A stretch of DNA of 64,000 nucleotides from the human T2T-CHM13v2.0 reference genome, Homo sapiens: NCBI RefSeq assembly GCF_009914755.1, contig NC_060934.1. One strand, given 5' to 3'. Shown piece after piece: positions 13,467-25,303 of this stretch. The stretch's first letter is position 1; each line of letters opens with the position of its first letter. The notes under the pieces are model-generated. The model worked only from the letters and a program-made list of their open reading frames with translations, was not told where the DNA came from and did not search any database. The translations under genes and the position numbers were made by a program.

Positions 13467-14230
13467 GTAAGTTTGCTTAATCAGGGACCCTGGACCACGT
13501 CAGCCTGCCATGCCTCTGCCATCTCCACCCACCCATGGGGAGGGGGACATTCAGGGAAGGAGGTTCATGCTGAGCATGAGGTTTGCACAGGTTCTTGCTA
13601 GCTGTACGTAGCAACACTAGTGTCCTCATGTGCACCCTGTTGTCTGTGGGCCAAGCCCAGGAATGGACAAAAGCAACCACTGGGAGTCTCCTGCTCAGCC
13701 GCTGAGTGTCTGGTAGCAGTTCCTAAGTATCAGGGGCTGTTCTCATTAGAGGTGATTTGCAGGCACCTTCAGAACAGAGCCTGGGCTGCTGCTGCCAGTG
13801 GGACCAAGTTTGACAACACAGAATCCAAGGGCTGAGGGACAGGAGGTTTTAGGGTGACTCACGCCCACCCTGTGTCTCCTGAGGCATTGCACTGATGGAA
13901 GGGAGATTGCATCCTGTTCATTAGTTCCTACCTTTCCATTTCTTGAGCTCACTTTTAAAATTCTAAATTTTGCATTTAATAATATAATAGCTTCATTGAT
14001 TAAACTCTTGTATGCCTGCTTGGTATTATTGCATTTAGTCTACATAATTGCACATTTAGTTTTATTGTTATCACCATTTGTCAGGTAGGGAAACTGAGGT
14101 GCTGTGAGGTTGAATAGCTTGCCTTTTTGCTGATAGTTAGTAAATGGTAAAGCTAAGATGAGAAACTAAACAATGCCAGCACCACTCACTTAAAGATTCT
14201 GCTGTGTGCTTCCCATTTAAAAGTCGGGCT

Positions 14231-14552
<322 letters not shown>

Positions 14553-16638
14553 AAGTAGGGCTGTAAGGACATGGAGGAACCCCAACCCTCCCTTAACCTT
14601 GATCATGGATGGACAGTGAGTGGAACTTCTTGAGAGACAGAAGGCAGCAGGAGTCAGACGCATCACACTTCTTTGGATTCCCTAAGCCAAGTCCTACTGG
14701 GAAAGATAGAGAGAGGGATAAAGGCCGAGGTTAGGGAGTGCTCCCAGGCAGTATTCAGGAGGGGAAGAGCTGGTGGGGATGGGCAGCCAGGCTCCCAACA
14801 CCCCAGAGCAGACCTTGGGCCATATCATCCAACATAGGACTTGGAAAAGTGGGAGAACCCCAACACTGTGGACCCAGATTCCGTTGTTTGCCAGATAGAG
14901 TCAAGAATATCCAATGAAATGACCAGAAAATACAGTTCTGACTCCTGGAACTTTCCAAAACCATGAGAAATCGGTGCAGGCCAACTTACTCCCCAAGGAA
15001 AGCCCCTTAGAGCAATGGTCTTCAAATGCCTTTGCTTATATGTGCTCAAAATAATATAAAGCTGTGTGTATATTTTAAGGTAACATACACATTTTTGTCA
15101 AGATAGTTGCAAAAAATGTAATAATATTTCACTCTTCCGAACCCTTTTTGAGTATCTGACTTCAGCAAGTTGTCTACAAGTGAAAGAAACGGGAATCATT
15201 TAATAATCATTTTGTAAGTCAGTTTAAGAACAGACTAATACACAGGACTCCAGCTCAGCAAAGCCTTTTGATGTACTTCCCAGAAATTATTAAAATAAAT
15301 GGTGTGTTGTAAATACTGACATTTCAAAGTCGTTTCTTTAAATGTACCCAGTGGAATCTACATCCATAGTGATTTTATAACCACCTTTATCCATTAAAAG
15401 AATACATGAACAGCTCTCCTGTAACAGCTAGAACTTTTATGTCTTTTTTCCCTTCAAACTTGGTTTTTTCATTCTCTTTTCCTCCACATTTTCTTCTGAT
15501 GTAATAGATTTAGTTGCTTGAAAGTCTTATTGATCACACCACATCATATACCTATGTAACATATACATGTATGCATATGTGTATCCATATAAATTTTAAG
15601 ACAGTTTTCTAGATATCATGAGTATTAAAAGAAAGTTCTCCTAGACTAAGTTACTGTTTCAGCTTTAATGAATTCACAATTGATCTGAAAAATAAATGTT
15701 AATATATCATTAATATTATTAAATTGTCATTCATCAAAATAATTATTAAATAGAAATTGCATTGAAGTTTCAACTTATAATGGAATGAAGGGGCTCTTAA
15801 TAAGTTAGTTTCTAAAGAAATGGACAAATAATACTTATTGCTGGAATAAGAAAGAATTTGATATTACCTCTTTTTCCTATTTTTCATTTTTAGAGATAAG
15901 ATGCACTGAGAAATCATGAATAAATACATGAGATGGTAGGAGTTTTGTTACAGTCATGTCACTTAATTCTTTGAATTCCTTCTGAGTTCTGGACCAAAAA
16001 ATGACAACTTGATTAGGTCTTTCCTTAATTATGTTGGAAGAATTGGCAATTATCTAACTTACAAAAGGAATTATCATTCCGCCTTAAAGGTATTTAATTT
16101 TTTTAGTTTCTGGGAAGTACACCAAAAAACTTGTACCCAAACTTCTCAAACAGTTGTAAATTAAATTTGCTCTTCTTTTATTTAGAGGCAGTCTGTTTAA
16201 CTCAAAATGTTCCAGAAAAGATAATTAAGCATTAATAAACATTTGTCAGTATCCTTTTTTTGATAAAATGCTTTTAAACCATATGCTTTTTAAAATGTAT
16301 TTTTGTCAAGACGTTGGAGTTGCTAATGCAGCTCATTCATGTATGAAAATTGTCTGCTCTATAATCTAATGGACAGAGCCAGTCCCTGTCAAACCAGTTA
16401 GCCATACCACACTTGTTTGCTGTCAGTAAAGGTCTGATACCATTTTTCAGTTCAGTGAATATGTTATTAGGCATCCTTGTGACAGTCATCTTGTTTCTGA
16501 ATTCTAAATTTTTATTCTTGGATAGATGAATGGATGGATGGGTAGAAGGGAAGAAGGATGAAAGGAAGAAAGAAAGGGTACCAAGCCCAGCCCCATGTTT
16601 ACCTCCTGGAATCAGTGTTTGTTTTGTTCTCACAGGAC

Positions 16639-16987
16639 TGATATGGTTTGGCTCTGTGTCCCCACCTAAATCTCGTCTTGAATTGTAATCACCATAATCC
16701 CTACGTGTTGAGGGAGAGACCCGGTGGGAGGTGACTGGATCATGGGGGTGGTTCCCCCATGCTGTTCTGGTGATAGTGAGTTCTCATGAGATCTGATGGT
16801 TTTATGTGTTTGACGGTTCCTCCTACACACACTCTGTCTCTCCTGCTGCCATGTAAGACATGTCTGCTCCCCCTTCCACCATGCTTCCCCAGCCATGTGG
16901 AACTGTGAGTCAATTAAACCTCTTTTCTTTATAAATTACCCAATCTCAGGTAGCATCTTCATAGCAGTTTGAGAACAGACCAATACA
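16639..16987. mobile_element. THE1D/MST-like MaLR solo LTR
   Basis: tgatatggtttggctctgtgtcccc...gaacagaccaataca; flanks caggac/taggac. Confidence 0.9.
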
Positions 16988-17009
16988 TAGGACTCCAGCT
17001 CAATAATAA

Positions 17010-17474
<465 letters not shown>

Positions 17475-19443
17475 CAGATATTGCATTTTTAATAAATGGA
17501 AGGTTTGTGGCAACCCTGCAAACCTATTGGCTCCATTTTTCCAACAGCATATGCTCACTTTGTATCTCTATGTTACATTTTGGTAATTCTCACAACATTT
17601 TAAGTTTTTTAATTAGTGTTATATCTGTTACTATGATCTGTGATCAGTAATCTTTTTTGTTGTCGTTGTTCAAATCCAGGATAATCTCTGTAAATGTGAT
17701 GAGTGATCTTTGATGTTACTATTGTAATTGCTTTGGGGTGCCACAAAGCACACCTGTATAAGACAGCAGACTTAAATGATAAATGTTAAGTGTGTTCTGA
17801 CTGTTCCACCCACTGGCCATTCCTGTCTCTCTCCTTCTCCTTGGGCCTCCCTATTCCCTGAGGCAATATTGAAATTGGGCCAATTAATAGCCCTACAATG
17901 GCCTCTAGGTGTCTATTGAAAGGAAGAGTGATATGTCTGTCACTTTAAATCAAAAGCTAGAAGTGATTCAACTTAGTGAAGGCATGTTGAAGCCAAGACA
18001 GGCTGAAAGCTAGGCCTCCTGTGCCAAACAGCCAAGTTGTGAATGCAAAGGAAAAGTTCTTGAAGGAAATTAAAAGTGCTATTCCAGTGAACACACGGAT
18101 AATAACATTATTGCTAATTATTGCTGACTTGGAGAAAGTTTGAGTGGTCTGGATAGAAGATCAAACCAGCCCCAACTTTTTCTTAAGCTAAAGCCTAAGC
18201 CAGAGCAAGGCCCTAACTCTGCAGTTCTTTGAAGGCTGAGAGAGGTGAGAAAGCTGCAAAAGAAAAGTTTGAAGCTAGCAATGGTTGATCCATGAGGTTT
18301 AAGGAAAGAAGCCTTCTCCATAAAATAGAAGTTCAACATGAAGCAGCAAGTGCTGATGTAGAAGCTACAGCAAATTATCCAGAAGATCTAGCTAAGATCA
18401 TTGGTGAGAGTGGCTACACTAAACAACAGATTCTCAATGTAGACAAAGCAGCCTTCTATAGGAAGAAGATGCCATCTAAGATTGTCCTAGCTAGAGAAGA
18501 GAAGTCAATGCCTGGCTTCAGTGCTTTATAAGGATGCTTGACTCTCTTGTTAGGCAGACTGGTGACTTTAAGCCGAAGCCAATGCTCATTGACCAGTCTG
18601 AAAATCCTTAAGAATTATGCTAAATCTATACTCTTTCTGTGCCCTATAAATGGAAGAACAAAGCCTGGATGACACCTGTTTATAGCATGGTTTACTGGAT
18701 ATTTTAAGCACACTGTTGAGACCTACTGCTCATTAAAATAAGATTCCTTTCATTGACATTGCACCTGGTCACCCAGGAGCTCTGGTGAAGATGCAGAAGG
18801 AGATTAATGTTTTTATGCCTGCTAAAACATCCATTCTGCAGCTCATAGATCAAGGAGTAATTTCAACTTCCAAGTCTTATTACTTAAGAAATAATGTCTT
18901 ACTATTTGAGAAATATTATTTCAGAAATACATTTTATAAGGCTATAGTTGCCATAAATAATGTTGGGAATAACATTATAGCTATAGTGTTACCGCTGATG
19001 GATCTGGGCAGTTAATTGAAAACCTTCTGGAAAGGATGCACCATTCTAGATGCCAGTAAGAACATTTGCGATTTATGGGAGGATGTCTGAACATTAATAG
19101 GAGTTTGGAAGAAGTTGATTCCAACCCTCATGGATGACTTTGATGGGTTCAAGACTTCCTTCAATGGAGGAAGTAACTGCAGATGTGCCAATCATGGTGG
19201 AAATAGCAAGAGAACTAGAATTAGAAGTAGACCTGAAGATGTGGCTGAATTGCTGCAATCTTATGATAAAACTTGAACAGATAAGGAGTTTCTTCTTATG
19301 AATAAGCCAAGTAAGTGGTTTCTTGAGATGGAATCTACTGCTGGTGAATGTGCTGATACATTTTTGAAATATACATTTAGAATATTACATAAACTTAGTT
19401 GGTAAAGCAGCCACAGAGTTTGAGAGGATTGACATGAATTTTG

Positions 19444-19678
19444 TATGTGTTTTAACTCTTTTTTTGTTTGTTTTCTTTTAAACTTTTTCCTTTTTTTTTT
19501 TTTTTTTTTTTTTAACGAACACTTTCGTTGAGGGCTGACTTTCAATAGATCGCAGTGAGGGAGCTGCTCTGCTACATACGAAACCCCAACCCAGAAGCAG
19601 GTCATCTTTGAATGGTTTAGTGCCAGGTTCGCCAGGAACATGCATTGCGTGACAGGCGAGGGGACAATCACCTTTCTG
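19444..19678 (-). pseudogene. Retroposed 28S rRNA 3'-terminal fragment (19514-19678) with A-rich tail (19444-19513)
   Basis: gagggctgactttcaatagatcgcagtgagggagctgctctgctac is the reverse complement of the 28S 3' end; TSD ttgacatgaattttg 19429-19443 / ttgacttgaattttg 19679-19693. Confidence 0.92.
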
Positions 19679-21102
19679 TTGACTTGAATTTTGAATGAAG
19701 TTGTACTGTGAATAAAATGCTATCAAACAGAATGGTATGCTACAGAGAAATTGTTCATAAAAGGAAGAATCATTTGATGCAGCGAACTTCATTGCTGTCT
19801 TATTTTAAGAAATTGTCACAGCCACCCTAATTTTCGGCAGCCACCACCAGATTAATCAGCAGGCATCAGTGCTGAGGCCAGATCCTCCACCAGCCCAACA
19901 GTTACAACCCACTGAAGGCTCAAATGATTGTTAGCATTTTTTAGCAATAAAGTATGTTTTAATTAAGATATGTATTTTTTGGACATAATGCTGTTGCGTA
20001 TACTCAGACTGGAGTACAGTGTGAACATAACTTTTCTACCCACTGGGAAACCAAAAAAGTCAGGCGACTCCATTTATTGCAATATTTGCTTTCCTGTGGT
20101 GGTCTGAAACTGAGCCGACGGTATATCTGAGTTGTGCCTATATTTGAATTTGGAACAGCCCAGTGTGGTCCCACGTACCCCCATTACTAGTGACATACTT
20201 CCCCTTTATCAGACTCATGTATAAGTAAGAAACCCACCACAGTGCCTGATTCAAGGAGACTCACAGATACGTCTTGTTTGTCTCTTTGTGGATGACCTGG
20301 AGGTTTCATCACCCTGTAAGTGAGGTTCAGGGTGGGTGAGAAAGTCTGCCCTTCTTTTACACAGTGGGAGATGGGAGAATGGGCAAGGGAAAAGTGGTAT
20401 CTCTGACAGACCAGTTTTAGAAAAAAATACAAGTGGCAGTTGAGGACCTGGCCATTTATTCTTCCCTTAAGACTGTGCACCCCTGGGAAAGTTTTTGAGT
20501 ACCTTGCTGGAAGACTTCTGCCTAAAAGACCTTTTATTTTGCAAAAATAGATGTGGTCTGTGGTATGTCCCCCCCACCCCTCAGCTTTAAGTTCTTTGGA
20601 AAGATAAATAAGCCTGGAGGGTCTACATTCTGGTCCACTCTACCTTTTTCATAGCATGACTGATGTTGACGTCATTAAAATAAACAGTAAGTATCCCGAG
20701 GTCCTCTCTGCAGTTTCAGGAGCACCATGTGACCCAATGACAGATGTGGGGTGCGATGCATGGGAGTGCCACTGGCTCCTCTGGATGTTCGTTGTAGCTG
20801 AAGGTGCTCCGCCCCCCCCCCCACACCCCTACAACCTTCCCTCCCATCCCATCCCACCCTATTCCAGCTCCCTTCTCTAAGGAGCTCAGAATCACTGTTA
20901 GGCAGTGGAGGAGGCAGTAGCATCTCTGACCTGACTCTAATCAAGGACCAGACTGCTCACCTGCCCTCCCCTGGAGACATGAAGGATCCTGGGTTGCAGA
21001 AAGAAATATCCCCTTCCCCAAAAAGCCAGGGTGGGACTCAGGTTTCAAATACTAACAGTTTCAAGCCCCTAGACTTGTCTTGGCCTTTTTTTTGCCTCAC
21101 AG

Positions 21103-21116
21103 CCACTAGATGGCAG
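21103..21116 (+). promoter_or_regulatory. Candidate CTCF site CCACTAGATGGCAG
   Basis: Matches the CCASYAGRKGGCR core without mismatch; occupancy unknown. Confidence 0.55.
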
Positions 21117-23064
21117 GACAGCATCGTTTTATTTCCAGTCCATAGGCACTAAAAATCCAGCCTGTTCTTTAAAAAAATATTTAGTGATTTTGTAATTTTC
21201 TGATTATTGAAGAACATTTGGAAAACACAGAAAAGCACAAAAAAAATCCAAATATCTTAAAATTTGTAAAGCATTCAGATTTTTAGTTATTTAGAGGAAA
21301 TCATTGTGGGGCCAGTCCATATTCATTATGAACCACAGTTTATAGAACAGGGTCTAGGGTCCTCCTTGCACTTGAACAGGGTTCTGTCTTGATGTAAATA
21401 TAACCCTATAGTCCTTGCCCTGGATATAAAGTCAAAGTTTTAACCAAATGCCTAGGCACAGCTACAGAAAATAATAACTAATTGCTGAATTGTAGGACAT
21501 AGCCTTGGAGCTGTGGGAGGTTGAGGAGGGAAGGATAAGGAAGGACTGGAGGAGGAGCTGAAACTTGAGTTGTCAGGAAAAGCAGGGGGGGTATCAGGGG
21601 ACCGGTGGAACCTCAGGGCCAGGGTGGAGATGATGGTCAGGCAAGGCCACCGATGTGGCTTCTGCCTAGGAAAGTGGGCAAAATCTGCTGGACAGGGTGA
21701 GTTAGGTCTTAATAGCATAGGCCACAAGGAGCCATTGTAGGTCCAAGACCAAGCCCTGGCCAGCAGCCTAGAAGATATTCTCTCCTAGGAACCTGAGAAA
21801 TCAGAGGCTCCCTTCTGAGCTCTGCTCAAGGTCAGAATTCAAGAAAAGGAAAAAAAGGGGAAAACAGGTTTCCCGCAGTCTCAGATTACCCCTGGGCCTC
21901 CGTGGAGTCTCGTGTGTCTCTGCTGAGGAGTTTGTTTACCCTTCTGGTTTCCCAGTGGAAGAGAGCAGGAGAAAAGATCTATTCTCAACATTTGCTAAAC
22001 TCCCTATTTTCCAGGCACTGGCTCGGATCACATGGGTTTTACCCTTGGCATCATCTCTGTTTTCCAGCCTTTGCCCCCTGGAGGGTGGTTAATAAATGCC
22101 ACTTGGTTATAATTCTCTCTCCTGGAGGCATCTTGGGCTTCTTCACCAGTGAGTGAAGATATGTAAACACATCCCTATAAAAAATGTGTTATTTGTATAA
22201 TTATAAGGAAGATTCAAGTGGCATCCTTTTTCATTTGGAGAGGGGTTAAAAAACTGTTTTAGAAGACGCAATGCTTTGGAATTAGAGACAAGAACAAAGA
22301 AGGCAGACCTTAATTCATTCCAAAGAATACATTCCAAGTTAAGCAAAAATTGTGCCATGATGCCCATTGATTGAAAGGGGCCAGATCTGGGCCCACTAAA
22401 GAAAATATGAACATTGAAATTTATGCAGGGCGTTTACTTTTCAATAAAGGAAGGATTCAAATTCAGCTTCCAGAAAATTGGATGCCTGTCTCCCAAATTT
22501 GTACATAGAGAATGATAAAGATTTAATGCTGTATTTGAAGCAGTGATGACACTATGTAAAATAATAGAAGTAGCAAAGTTGAGTCAGACAACCGGGGTTC
22601 AGATCCTGGCCCTTCCTCCCACTTACTATTTGAGGGACTATAGCAAGTCACGTGACCTTCCTGTGCCTCAGCTTCCTTATCTGCATAATAGAGATATTGA
22701 TCTCTGCCCACGGGATTGTTATGAGAATCAGAGTAACCGTCAGCTTCCTGAATTACCTGAATGTGCCTGCTGAGGAAGAAATCATAGAATCATGATTTTA
22801 ACACTGGGAGAACTTACCTAATTCCCTTCATTATGATCAAGGAAAGGAAGACCAGAGAGGTGATACGTAGCCACCCAAGAGGACCAGGACCGAGACACAG
22901 GCCTAACTTGTCCAGTGCTTCCCCCCAGCGTCAGGTGGCACCCACGACTTTGGTGGCACCAGGCTGTTCATCCACATTAATCCACCCACAGAGTGCTTTT
23001 TTCCTTCCACCCAAGTGGGTCAGCAAATTTTCTTCGTGTACACGGCTTCTTCTCTGCTTCACTT

Positions 23065-23239
23065 TGGCAGAGGGATGGTATAGGGACAGCTGTCCCAGCA
23101 GGGCGAGCAGTGGGCTTTCCAGTGGCGGAGGGATGGCATAGGGACAGCTGTCCCAGCAGGGCGAGCCATGGGCTTTCCAGCGGCGGACGGATGGCATAGG
23201 GACGCTGTCCCAGCAGGGCGAGCAGTGGGCTTTCCAGTG
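23065..23239. repeat. Minisatellite, 3 x 58 bp, GC-rich
   Basis: Units start at 23065, 23123 and 23181; third unit has a 1-nt deletion. Confidence 0.95.
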
Positions 23240-23437
23240 AAGAGGGCCAAGTGTACGTTTCAGGAGCAGCAAGCACAGGACACCAAAACGTGGGCAGAGG
23301 TCTAGAAACTGCAAAGCTGTAGCTTCTGCATGTGTGGGATACCTCCAGTTCTTTTCAGTTATTGCTCTTCTAGAGGGGATAAATTAAAGTGAAAAGGTAA
23401 GGTAAATCATCAGCTTTTCACAGTAATAGAAACCTAG

Positions 23438-23911
<474 letters not shown>

Positions 23912-25268
23912 AATGGTCAGTTTTAAGGGGAAAAGATGGGTGGAGTGATTAAGGACTGAAGTATGTTAGCTGTTCTAATGCTGGACCCTGCAGCCGTAAT
24001 ACAGACGTATTGTATCCTCCATTCAGTCTATTAGGCTATTTAAAGACAATTCAGCCTTTTCTACCCCCTGGATGATTTGTTTTAAAGTCATTTGTCAATT
24101 TTTATTGTCAGGGACCCTACTGGTTTTGTTTTTTTGTTTTTTTTTTTTAGGGGAAAGAGGGAAATGTGGAGGTTGGTATGTTTTGGGGAGGGGGATCTAT
24201 TCTTCTCCTTAGCCTCTTTTAAACTGAGTTTGCTTCCCCATGTTTATATTTTTGCAACTGACTTTCAGAGAAAAAAATGTATAGAGCGAATTTTCTCTCC
24301 TGTTCACAGACCTGAGGATGGCAGGTGATCAAGAGGCTTGTGCAGGGTAGCAGGTGTCATAACCTCATTGTATCAGCTTCATACCCTTTCTAGACTGTGG
24401 TCCTGAACCAAGAAATGGAGAAAAGCGTTGCTGAGCCGTTCACTTTATAAGTGTTTGGTTTTTATGTGTTTGCATTTTCCTTGTTGCATTTGGAGGGTTG
24501 AGATGGGGAAATACAGCAACTCCTGGATCGTTCACTTTATGCAAGATCATTGAAAAATGTTTGTATGCCTCATTTAAAAATGAAGGGCTTTGGTATGCTT
24601 CCGTGGTCTCCTATTATTTTTATTCACTTGAGTACCTTTAAAGGAAAAACATAACCTAATGAACTTGAACTCTTTAATTCACCACACACTCACTTCCTGT
24701 TTTTGTTGATTAACTTACATATAGTTTGACATGTTTTGCCGTCATGTGAGTGCCGTTTTGCAGCCTGGTGTAGATTTGGGACTTCGCTGGGTTGACCATG
24801 TGTGATGCTCATCAACTTGAACTGTATGATGGTTTGTTCTGTTGATACTCTGTCTCTTGCTTAGCTACTCCCGTCGTTCCCAATTTTTCACTCTTAAAGA
24901 TTGTGCTCCTGGCTGCATGTTTATGGAAATTTTGTTTTCTTTTTTCCTTTGGACCCCACGCTCACAGACAGTTGCTTTTTTCCACAGGAGCCATCCCAGG
25001 GTTGGGGGATGCTACAATGGGGAGCCGGGGCATTTCTGCCGGTCAGCAGAGAAGGGAGAGGCCAGTGTGACCTTCCCAGCCCGAGTTTGAATGGTCCTGT
25101 GGAAAACTCCAGCGTGCAGTTCACTGCTGATTCAGTCACAGGCCTTCAGGGCCAGGCAGCCTGTGCCAGTCTTCTATCCCCTGCTGAGCTCCGAGCATGT
25201 TGAGTTTTTATTATTACAGAGAAGAAGGAAACTCACTTCCTGTCGTCGCAGAGCACAGCCTAGTTCTG

Positions 25269-25303
25269 ATGCAGAGGGGACTGTTTTCAGATGGAGACAC
25301 TAG
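25269..25303 (+). CDS. CASP7: Alternative intron-internal first coding exon MQRGLFSDGDT(S), replacing aa 1-36; 278-aa isoform
   Basis: ATG at 25269, 35 nt, donor ag|gtacta in phase 2 compatible with the exon at 36889; peptide matches my recollection of an annotated short isoform. Confidence 0.7.

Noticed and set aside
15010-16500. Possible Charlie/hAT transposon remnant
   Set aside because: AT-rich and suggestive but too degenerate to assign by eye
18292-19015. Transposase-like ORFs as a domesticated TIGD gene
   Set aside because: Fragmented by stops and frameshifts; a decayed Tigger1 copy
19514-19678. Functional rRNA gene
   Set aside because: Only about 165 nt, CpG-decayed, with tail and TSDs; a retrocopy
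23065-23239. CRISPR-like array or CTCF array
   Set aside because: Contiguous tandem units without unique spacers in eukaryotic DNA; the CTCF-like ccagcagggcga misses two core positions
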